A stretch of 64,000 bases of DNA from Eledone cirrhosa (lineage: Eukaryota), in the NCBI GenBank assembly GCA_964016885.1, contig OZ024743.1:169756001-169820000 (forward strand), in the 5' to 3' direction. The first letter of the stretch is position 1; the number at the start of each line of letters is the position of its first letter. The notes beneath the pieces are model-generated. The model did not search any database, was not told where the DNA came from, and saw nothing but the letters and a program-made list of their open reading frames with translations. Positions 25,761-35,954 of the stretch are shown here, piece after piece. The translations under genes were made by a program, and so were the position numbers.

Positions 25761-27490
25761 CCTTCTGTATGTATTGACTTTCGAGCCTTTACTGGGGAAG
25801 CTGGAGCTGTTGCAGGGCATCCCACTCGAACCGGGATGCGGAAAGGCTGTGTCACTTTATGCGGACGACATTACCGTGATGGTGTCGGACACCTCAGAAA
25901 TCGAGGTGGCCAGCACCTTATTGAAGGAATATAAGGGTGACAGGAGCAAAAGTTAACCCAGGAAAGTCGGTGGGCTTACAGCTCAGCACCTGGAGAGGCA
26001 AGTCCATGCTGTCCCACAGCGTCGTTGGGCGCTGGACAGATGGATCGGTAAAGTTGCTCGATTTTGGTTTGGAACAGACCTCCAGGTGGATAAGAATTGG
26101 GACGAGGTGATGATCAGGGTAGCCAGTCTCACCCAGAAATGGGCTGCGAGGAAGCTATCACTGAAAGGTTGGGCGGAGGTGGCGAATGCATACATCGCGT
26201 CCGTCATCTACTACAGCCTGACCGTCATGCCTTGCCCCATTCCGCACCTCGCCAAGTTGGAACGGCTCTTCTTCAAACTCTTGTGGAGGAGATAGGTCCC
26301 ATTGGTGAGGCGGTCCATCTGATACCTGCATCCTCTAAATGGAAAGCTGGGTATGTCGTGGCTAATGATGTACAGACATGCACTGAGGCTGCATCATCTC
26401 CAGATATTCTGCCTAAACAGTGAATAGGTGTGGTCGCCGTTTATCAGATGGGCCTTTCTGCAGCTCATCTCTTTGACTGAGCTGCAGTCTTGGGTCAAGA
26501 AGAGACGGTGACTGGCATCTGGAATGTTCCCAAACACTCACTGCCCTCTACCAGGCAGCAATGCGGTCAGTGGAACTTTCGCTCTTGATTTCTATAGAGG
26601 ATTAGTGGTGGGCAAGTGCGACGATGCACTCAGAGAGGCTCTGGGCATCGACAAAGTCGAACTGACCAGTCTGTTCCAGAAGATTTTCGACCCGGGGATG
26701 ATGGATAACTTCCAGAAATTCCTCGCTTGGCAGTGCTACCGGGGAACACTGCCGGTTTGAGATAATCTCTACAGGCACGGAAGTACTGTCAGATGGACCT
26801 GCCTGAGATGCACGCAGAGCGATGAAACCATTCTGCATGCACTCATCCAGTGTCCGTGCTTTACTGACTTGTGGAGTTATGTCGAACCGCTGCTGTTGTG
26901 TGTAGATTGGATCTGGCTATTGGCCGAGTTCATAGTGAAGATCGACCCACCGCTTTCTTTTGGCCAGGAAGGGCAGGCAACTTTCCTCTGTCTGGTGGCA
27001 GTTGCGAAAGAGGTTGTATGGTGGACCAGGTTGAAAGGATTGAAGACAGACACTTTTCTCTTCAGCCAATCCCTCATCAACTTCTTCAAGTTTCACCTGG
27101 AAAGGAAAGTGAAGGTGGAGAGAGAAGTGCTTCCCCCCAGTAAAAGGTGGATGAATGTGGCGAGAATGGCCTGTGTGAGTGGCCCTACTCTGAGCCTGCA
27201 CCTATAGGCTGGCTAATTTGAGGAGGAGAGGGGTGCCCTCCCTTGGTGCCCTTGAAGCGTCAGATGGTTCAGGATTGGTGGGGTACCGGAGTCACGCCTA
27301 GGTTGTCCATCCCACTAATGGGGAATTTATTTTGTTATGTTTATGCATAGTTTATTTTATATTTTCATTGTTAAATTTGTCTTGCCATTGTGCACTTTTA
27401 CTCAAGCTTATTGTAAACCCCCACTCTCCGTGTCTTTGTATTGTCCCCTACATGTCGGCCCTTGTGGTCAATAAATGAAATCATTATTAT
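25761..27490 (+). mobile_element. Tx1/L1-clade LINE, 5'-truncated
   Basis: LYVLTFEPLL, YADD, LSLKG, a C-terminal CxxC..ET..H...C zinc motif, AATAAA and an ATT tail. Homologous to 42708-47720. Confidence 0.9.
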
Positions 27491-27491
27491 C

Positions 27492-27680
27492 ATGGTGGAT
27501 TGGCAGTATCGGTAGAGGGTCGGACGCCATGCTTTCCAGCATAGTTACGTCCCTTTACGGACTGAGTTCAAATCCCGCCGAGGTTGACTTTGCCTTTCAT
27601 CCTTACGGGGTCGATAAAATAAAGTACCAGTTATGCACTGGGTAATTGCTGGCCTTGTGCCTAAAGTAGAAACAATTATT
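27492..27680 (+). mobile_element. Nin/Deu-like SINE copy
   Basis: Near-identical to 8927-9112. Sits in the ATT tail of the Tx1. Confidence 0.9.
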
Positions 27681-27691
27681 ATCATTATTAT

Positions 27692-27885
27692 AAGGCGATG
27701 GATTGGCAGTATCGGTAGAGAGTCGGACACCATGCTTTGACGCAAAGAGTTATGGCCCTTTCCATTCTGAGTTCAAATCCTGCCGAGGTTAACTTAGCCT
27801 TTCATCCTTATGGGGTCAATAAATTAAAGTACCAGTAATGCACTGGTAATTACTGGCCTTGTGCCAAAAGTAGAAACAATTATTA
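27692..27885 (+). mobile_element. Nin/Deu-like SINE copy (variant subfamily)
   Basis: In tandem after the previous SINE. Shares diagnostic changes with the 48704 copy (GGACACCATGC, TTGACGCA, GGTTAACTT). Confidence 0.9.
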
Positions 27886-27899
27886 TTTGTATTATTTGT

Positions 27900-29497
27900 A
27901 TTAAGAACAAAGGCAGCAAAACTGACTGTGGCAACCATCGGGGCATTTCTTTCCTGACCATCGCTGGGAAGGTTCTGGTTCGGGTCATGCTCAACCGCCT
28001 CATCACCAACATCTCGGAGGACAAACTGCATGAGGCCCAGTGTGGGTTCCGCCCAAACCGCAGCACGATCGACATGATCTTCTCTGTACCCCAGGTGCAG
28101 GAGAAGTGTGTCGAGCAGAACATGGACCTCTTTGCCGTCTTCATAGACTTGACGAAGGCATTCGACACTGTCAACAGGGAGGCCCTCTGGTCGATCCTAT
28201 CGAAGTTTGGATGCCCGACAAAGTTTGTGAACCATATACGGCAATTCCATGACGACATGACCGGGCAGGTGCGCTCGGGCGTAGAGGCATTGGAGCTGTT
28301 CGGAATCACCAACAGCGTCAAGCAAGGATGTGTGCTGGCTCCCGTCCTCTTTAACCTGTTCTTCATCTGCATGCTCAATCATGCCGTCAGGGACCTCGAG
28401 CACGGAGTGTATCTGCGATATAGACTGGACGGCTCCCTGTTTGACCTGTGGCACCTGACGGCCAAGACAAGGACCATGCAGAGGATCATCCTTGAGGCAC
28501 TTTTTGCTGACGACTATGCCCTCATGGCCCACAGGGAGTCTGACCTCCAAGTCATCGTCAACAAGTTCGTGGAGGCCTCCTGCCTCTTCGGTCTCACAAT
28601 TAGCCTTGGCAAGACTGAGGTCCTGTTCCAGCCTGCACCTGCATCCGTCACCCACCCTCCTTCCATCTCCATCGGAGGCACCCAGCTAAAGACGGTGGAC
28701 GACTTCAAGTACCTTGGCAGTGTCATCAGCAGCGATAGAAGCCTCGACGAGGAGATAAATGCTAGGATCTGCAAGGCCAGTCAAGCCCTTGGTCGCCTGA
28801 GGACACGCGTCCTGAACCAGCACAACATCAGGTAGTCCACCAAGCTCAAGGTGTACAGGGCCGTTGTTCTCACCAGCCTCCTCTACGGATGTGAGACATG
28901 GACCCTGTACAGAAGGCACCTGAAGCAGCTGGAACGGTTCCACATGCGCAGCCTGCGGTCAATCATGAACATCAGATGGCAGGACAAGGTCTCCAACCTC
29001 GAAGTTGTTGACATAGCTGAGACAACCAGTGTCGAAGCTAAGATACTGAAGAGCCAACTTCGATGGGTGGGACATGTCATCCGGATGGACGATCACAGGC
29101 TTTCGAAGCAACTGATGTATGGGGAACTCTGTTCGGGGAAACGAAAGCGGGGCAGGCCTCTCAAAATTTTCAAAGACTGCGTGAAGTCCAGTATCAACAA
29201 CACTGGAATCGCGCCAAAACAACTCGAGTCCCATGCTCAGGACAGGACTGAGTGGCGAGCCCTTACCAGACGCGCCAAAGACTCTTTTGAAGAGAAGAAA
29301 CGGGCAGAGGTCACTGAGGCCAGTGAAAGGAGGAGAATGGCATTAACAGCTGCCCCAAGCGACTCCGGTCTCTTCCCCTTCCCCCACTGTCCCCGGACTT
29401 GCAAGTCAAGGATCGGCCTCCACAGCCACCTTCGTGCCCACGGCACACGGGAACTAAAATATAGAAGATGTCATCATCGTTTATGATGGACAACTAA
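27900..29497 (+). mobile_element. BovB-like RTE LINE, 5'-truncated and little decayed
   Basis: ORFs 27861..28835 and 28851..29486 are in frame and separated by one stop. Motifs QCGFR, FIDLTKAFDTV, KQGCVLAP, FADD, FKYLG and a C-terminal zinc-finger-like HCPRTCKSRIGLHSHLRAH. Confidence 0.92.
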
Positions 29498-29618
29498 GAT
29501 TATAAATTCAGAATTGATTTCATCATGTATCCCAATTGAAGAATAAATTGAATTTAGAATAACAAATTTCTATACAACATATTTTGCTTTTTTCTTAAAT
29601 ATAAGGAACAATTTCATT

Positions 29619-29634
29619 CCCGGGCAACGCCGGG
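29619..29634 (+). other. Helitron-type 3' subterminal hairpin
   Basis: CCCGGGCAACGCCGGG, the same motif as the other Helitron ends in the window. The expected downstream CTAG is absent. Confidence 0.6.
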
Positions 29635-29837
29635 GGCTCAGATTGTTTTTTCATATATGAGTGAAATTTGGTTGGTTGATGCAGTCATATGAATAAGCAC
29701 ATCAACTTTCGCGCCAGTTCGTGTTTGAGGGTTCTTTATTGTCATTTTCACTTGGAAAAATGGCTCAAAATGTTTTTTTATAAATTTAATTTGATTGGTT
29801 ATGACTGTCACGTGAGTAAGTACATTAAATTTTGCGC

Positions 29838-30322
29838 TGTTAATTAAATTTTTGAAATCATTTAGCTGGTCGAGTGCGTGAGACCTAAGAATAAAGCAGT
29901 CATCCAAGTAGCGTTTCCAATTCTCTGATAAATATTTGTGGAAGTTCAAGCCGTATTTTGATTTGGACTGTTCATATATCTGGACTTCCAAGTATGCCAT
30001 GACTAAGTTAACATAAGTTGGAGCGGCTTTTGTACCCATCGCAGTCCTCGATATTTGCTTGTAAGTACTGCCATTGAAATCAAAAAAAGTTGTTTTGTAA
30101 AATAAATTTAAATGCCTCGGTGATGAAGCTTTTTTCTATCCTGTCATATATCTCATTGGGATATTTCTCTAGCCAGGATCCTATTGCTTCTAGTCCGTAT
30201 TGGTGGGGGATCGTTGTGTAGAGATTCACTACATCGAAAGACACAATAATAATGTCGTTGTTAACATGTTTGTGGAGGTGGTTTAAGAGGTCCTGATCGT
30301 TTCTTACAAGGCTTGGTATGTG
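29838..30322 (-). mobile_element. Penelope-like RT core fragment
   Basis: SFDVVNLYTTIP, ILQNNFF, TAMGTKAAPTY and WKRYLDDCF. Confidence 0.9.
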
Positions 30323-30440
30323 TTTGAGACACATACATACACACACACATAACACCCTCTTCTATATTTGAAAATAAAAACCAGAGCTAAATAGACCTTA
30401 ACATACATTAATACTCTAACACCTTAACATGGTAACCCCC

Positions 30441-30512
<72 letters not shown>

Positions 30513-30776
30513 ACACCCATACATACACACATAACTCCCTTTTCAATTTCTACTAATGGAATCATTTTCCTTCCTACACACATCAGCACACAAATAAAAA
30601 TATATATCTCTATTTTCTTTATTTCAATAGAAAGTCTGAATTTTGACACAGCAGCACATCAGCCATACTCACTGAACCAGAACTATTCCCCCCCATCTCT
30701 TTTTTCTTGACCATTATCTTTTGTTTGGCACAAAACTCTCTATGACATATCATGTGACTGTGAAAAACGGCTACAA

Positions 30777-31125
30777 AGAACCCTCAAATAGGAACTGGCA
30801 CGAAATTTAATGTACTTACTCACCTGACAGTCATAACCAATCAAATTACATTTATAAAAAATCAACATTTTTGAGCCACTTTTTTAAGTGAAAATGACAA
30901 TAAAGAACCCTCAAACATGAACTGGCGCGAAAGTTGATGTGCTTATTCACGTGACTGCATCAACCAACCAAATTTCACTCATATATGAAAAAACAATCTG
31001 AGATCCCCCCCCCCCCCCCGCCCCTTTTTATAAAGGCAAATACAATAAGAACTTTGTAACACGAACTGGTGCAAAATTTATTATACTTATTCACGTGGCA
31101 GTCATCAACCAACCAAATTACTTTT
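30777..31125. repeat. Three diverged ~125-145 bp tandem units
   Basis: AAGAAC..GAACTGG..AAA(T/G)TT..CTTA(C/T)TCAC..CAAATT recurs at ~30777, 30902 and 31047. Confidence 0.75.
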
Positions 31126-31316
31126 CTAAAAATCCTAGCATTTCAAGCCACATTCGAACACCAACCAGATGCGAGAAAAACCACAAACGCTCCATCTTAA
31201 TTCTACTTTTGAAAAGTATAAGAACTGTGAAAGTGGTAAAGGAAACAAATAAATATTCTTAAAAAGACTCCAGTTGCATTTTCAATTTCATCTTTTTTCC
31301 TTATATATATATATAT

Positions 31317-31424
31317 AATAATTGTTTCTACTTTAGGCACAAGGCCAGCAATTACCCAGTGCATTACTGGTACTTTATTTTATCGACCCCGTAAGGATGA
31401 AAGGCAAAGTCAACCTCGATGGGA
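31317..31424 (-). mobile_element. Nin/Deu-like SINE, 3' half
   Basis: Reverse complement of the SINE core and tail. Confidence 0.9.
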
Positions 31425-31444
31425 TATATATATATAATAATATA

Positions 31445-31595
31445 TTGTAAACGTGGTTGGTGTTAGGAAGGGCATCCAGCCGTAGAAAACCCGCCAGACA
31501 GTCGTATACGAGCAAGACAACCAATCTTGCCTCAAGTGGGAAAATTCCCGTCCAAACCCATGCAAGCGTGGAAGATGGACGTTAAACGATGATGA
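31445..31595 (+). mobile_element. RTE LINE 3' tail fragment
   Basis: Near-identical to 20740-20887. Confidence 0.9.
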
Positions 31596-31764
31596 AATAT
31601 TAAAACAATGAAATTAAACAAAAAACGTAAACTCATTATTTTACGATCGTTTCGGGGGGGGGGGGGGTGTTAGTTCCCTGTATGTCCATTCTAATATTGA
31701 TCTATGTAAAATATATTACAAAATATAGTAAAAAAATATACATACGTCTTCACTACCCGCCGTC

Positions 31765-31802
<38 letters not shown>

Positions 31803-32686
31803 AAAGGTAAACAGAAATAACAACACAATCGGTACAGTATAGGGAAGGGATATATTAGGTTAACGCTTCGTGGTCTGAATTTATTTTTATTTTATTTATT
31901 TGCTTGTGATCTAAATAAAAGTTGGCCACCCGCAGGAGTGAGCCCCACATGTTGGAATGGCTATTTCAGTATATCTCCCTTTACTCTGCCAAGGCAATAC
32001 TTTCTCTATTCTGTCAGATGAGATCATGAGGAAGCTTGTGCCTAGGGTTCTGCATGCCAGAGAGTGTTTCCCAACACCATCTGTCAACCCCTTCCATATC
32101 ATCAGGTTAGTGTACTCTTTGTCATGCCTTTCTCCACCAGCAAGCTTGTGCATTTACGAACAGACAAAGTCTCCATTACCTGATAAGCTAAAGATCACAC
32201 ACAAATGAAGTATTGTCTGTTCTCCAATAAGTTTGTCATCGGACTTGTAGTGCTGGACACTTCCAGCATTCGTGGTCCCCGGACACTACTCACTACTATT
32301 TTGGGGGAAGAGTTGGCCTCCCAGAGGAGTGAGCCCATGAGTTAGAATGACTATTTCAATGTATCTCTCTTGCCATCCTCCAAGGGAATGTTCCGCCCAC
32401 ACTGTCCAACAATCCACTCCACTCCACATCATTGTGGTAGTGATATTTGAGTACTCTTTCTCATATGTCTTCATTATAAGGGCCTCTCTCTTATACACAC
32501 ACATGTGTGTAAGCCTTCTTTTTTACACAGACACACATACATTCATAAAACGGACTGACATCCTTATTCATAGTGGATTGTTATTAGAATCATTTTCTGT
32601 ATTGTCAACAGATATAAAGCTAACTGTGAGGGGATTGTCTCCTTTGGAATGTGTCTAGTGTGCTATTTAATTGTAATACATACATG

Positions 32687-32735
<49 letters not shown>

Positions 32736-33104
32736 CACGACGACCACCACCACCTCTACTATTACTACCACTGATACTGCTGCTGTCAGTCAGTAGTTAG
32801 TATTTCTTGAAGCAATAAATATATATCAACTCAATCTACTGTTTATTTGTTAGCTGTCAATAACTCACTGTGTGGGGGCATTGTTCTTTATTGCTCTTGT
32901 ATCACTAAGATATTAATTTATAAGTTTATAATTAAAATATTTTACAATGATGGAAATATTAAAAAAGGATAAAAACAAAATTAAGTAATGAAAAAAAGGA
33001 AAGGACTATAAATGCCATAAATGAGAAGAAAAGAAGGGAAAGAGCAAGGACTATTATGCAACGGAAGAAAGAGAGGGGGAAGGGGATAAGGTGACAGACT
33101 CTAC

Positions 33105-33405
33105 ACATATGTCAGGGCGTTGTTTCATCTGCGCCCCGTGGACAAAACTGCAAAGTGGCCAGTGACACCACATTGTGAGGCTCCTTCTTCAGATGGGCTG
33201 CTGACATTCAAATTTTATGGAAGAGCTTGTCTGTATGGGGTCCGAGGACACTTGAGGTCTTGATGGCGACTAGTGCCAAGAGGAGGCAACCACATAAGCC
33301 CCAGTATTTGCTTGTCTTCCTGTCCTCTGCATTGCAAGCTGCAGTACTGGGGTCTGTGACCAAAGCGACTAGGTTGGAGGCAGAGAACATGTCACAGCAT
33401 GTTAT
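33105..33405 (-). mobile_element. CRE-like retrotransposon restriction-like endonuclease remnant
   Basis: TCCDMFSASNL..STAACNAEDRKTSKY..AIKTSSVLGP resembles the CRE C-terminus TCxDTxAxS..AAxxAExxKxxKY..AxETxGxxG. Confidence 0.6.
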
Positions 33406-33784
33406 TTTATGAGGGATTTATTTCCTTCAAATGAGAAGAGGGTAATTCTGTTTAAAGGATTAGAAAGAAGCTTGTTAGAAAATAATATCTGATTAATATA
33501 TCCATCTCATCCATTTTTTGTGCCAGTTGTTGGCTGCCAGTCTTCTCTGCAGGAGGTGTGTATGTATCTTACCTAAGGAAGGAACCAAGTGAGGTGAAAT
33601 AGCTGATGCAGCAGGTATCACTAGCTGTTCTCTGTAGCAATACTTTTGCCATATTGTCAATGGAGCAGAGCTGAGATATACAGTCCAGCCAAGGGTCTAC
33701 ATTCGACCCTTAGGAGTACATGTAACCCCAACATGAGTCATATGTATTTAGCAATGTTTACTAATATACCTAATTTGAAATACA

Positions 33785-34060
33785 ACCTACATTTCACATT
33801 TGGCCTTTTTGTGGCCTACATTTCATATTTGGCCTGCCTACTACCAGCTGGGTGAGGAGTACATTTCATATTTGGGTTGGGCTTATGGCCAGCTGGTGTG
33901 TGTGAGGTTAAATTTCACATCTGGTTTGGACCTATTACTGGCTTTTGGTGTCTTACTTTTCACATTTGGTCTAGTCCTATTGCCAGCTGGAGGAGGGCAT
34001 ACATTTCACATCTGGTCTGGTGACCTACATTTCACACCGGGTCTGAGCTTATTTACCAGC
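33785..34060. repeat. Degenerate minisatellite with ACATTTCACATTTGG core
   Basis: About 7 copies of the core with variable spacers, several of which contain CCAGCT. Confidence 0.75.
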
Positions 34061-34496
34061 TTTGCAAGAACTTGGCTGTTTAATTTTATTTTTTTGACCT
34101 TATAGAATGCTGACAATGAGGACTTGAGAATTGAAATATAACTGGGTCCAAGAGTCCTTGTTATCAGCCTGTTTCCCTCTGTTAACATCTATTTCTCTTA
34201 GCCTTCTCTTTTCTTAACGGTTACTTTCAAATAAGTCGCATCCATTGTGACATTTTCTCCTTCCAAGCAGACAATTACGTGCATCAACAGTCCATAAACC
34301 TCACTGTTGATGTTTTTTAATTAACAGTAGCACTAACATATCATGATTCATTATAGAGCACATATAGTATGTTTATGTTTATATATATAATTATAGAGAT
34401 TAAAAGTGGAGTCCCTATAGGCATTGGGAAAGTTAAAAAGGATGTTCAACCTATTGTAGCTGGTGGTGTAGCACCTCATATTCATTGTTCATGTTT

Positions 34497-35335
34497 ATTC
34501 ATCATCATCATCATCATTTTACGTCCGCTTTTCCCTGCTTGCAAAGGTGGGACGGGTCCTTTTCAACACAGCATCTCTCCATACGTCACGATTCTTCATC
34601 ATCGCCTCTGTGAGCTTCAGCAATCTGAGGTCTGCTCTCACCACTTCCGCCCATGTTTTTCGTGGTCTTCCTCTACTGCGTCTTCCTTCTACTGGGATTT
34701 CTTGGCACTTCTTCACCCATCGGTCATCCTCCATGCGCATCACATGTCCATACCAACACAGTCTTCTGTCCCTCGCACTGCAGTTTATCCCTCTTATGCA
34801 CAGTTTCTCTATCAACTCATCTATGCTGGGTCATTCACGGACATTGACATTGCATATCCATTGGAGCATGCTTGCTTCATTTCTCTCCAGCTGTCGCATA
34901 TCCTCCACAGTTGCTGCCCATGTCTCACTGCCATGCAGCATCGCACATCTCACACAGGCATCATATAACCGGCCTTTCATTCATAGGGAGAAACCCTTCT
35001 TTGTCAACAGAGGAAGCAGCTCCCTAAACTTCTTCCAACCCGTCCTTTTTCTAGGTACTATGGCCTCGGCACACCCTCCTCCCTTGCTAATCTGAAGCTA
35101 TCAACCACTTCTATAGATATATATATACCTGCATTTGTAAAATGTGTCTATCACTGCGACTTCTACTATCAAATTTCCCTGTACATCTACTGCATATGTA
35201 GTTTTCCCTTCCTGTTAGTTTGCCTGCTATCCCATCACATCTCTTGTGTACCCAAGATCTGCATTGTGTACATTCTATAGATTTATGCCAACTCCTTTTC
35301 TACATATCGAACATGGGCATTTTCCTGATGGAATC
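34497..35335 (-). mobile_element. RTE LINE 3' fragment (PHD region to tail)
   Basis: ORF 34519..34815 (RRLCWYGHVMRM..RGRPRKTW), a (CAT)n tail, and a CPCSICRK..WVHKRC remnant. Confidence 0.9.
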
Positions 35336-35954
35336 GGAGTTTATTCTTAAATAGAAATATAGACATATTGATTAGTGGCCAACCAAGAGATTGCTGGACA
35401 AATTTATAAATATCTAGACATTGATTGGTATGAGTAATGAACAGCTTTTTTTTCAAACATTTTATGTTGAAAACATGACTGTACTCCAGTTTTATCTTTT
35501 TTATATTAAGGATTTTTTATATTTCCTTATTAATTTTTCATTACTTGGTCTGAAACAATAGCATTCCTAAATCTATGTCTCTCCTTTTTGGGACCTTCAC
35601 AATCCCCAGAATAACAATGGCAACATCAGTGACATATTGCTCCAATGTTTAGTAATGGTTGTAAAGAATCGTGGAATTGATAATAAATCATGGATGCCTG
35701 GAGAGTGTATTCTATGAGTTTGTGATTAGGAGAGATTCGTGTGTTTTATTTTATAAGCTTTTCAATGATATATTCATCCATATTATAATTAGGTGCTTTT
35801 GGTTCCTTTAGTATATAAAATATCTGGTTTGTGTATTTTTTCTGGGTGTTGCTGCTATTTTATTAGTGTAAATAAATTTGTTCTTATATTGTTCTTTGGC
35901 ATGATTTAAGAATATTTTGGATACTCATTGTTAACTGTTTGTTTTATATATATA

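Noticed and set aside
31915-32000. HDV-like ribozyme on the minus strand (CAC-TCCTGCGG-GTG-GCCAAC)
   Set aside because: A P3/L3-like piece is present, but no P1.1 GG, P4 or P2 partner follows in either repeat copy.
32064-32105. Minus-strand CTGATGA...GAAAC hammerhead core
   Set aside because: The intervening sequence cannot form stem II and there is no stem III or NUH triplet.
33573-33710. Exon candidate with a GTAAGA donor (minus strand)
   Set aside because: Two alternative open frames, no polypyrimidine tract and no recognisable peptide.
33785-34060. Repeat-spacer pattern resembling a CRISPR array
   Set aside because: Repeats are short and degenerate, spacers resemble one another, there are no cas genes and the context is eukaryotic. 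It is a minisatellite.
35560-35930. Further R4/Dong-like endonuclease fragment (minus strand)
   Set aside because: Only faint motifs (HKPDI, VAIVILGIV) are visible, too degraded to call.
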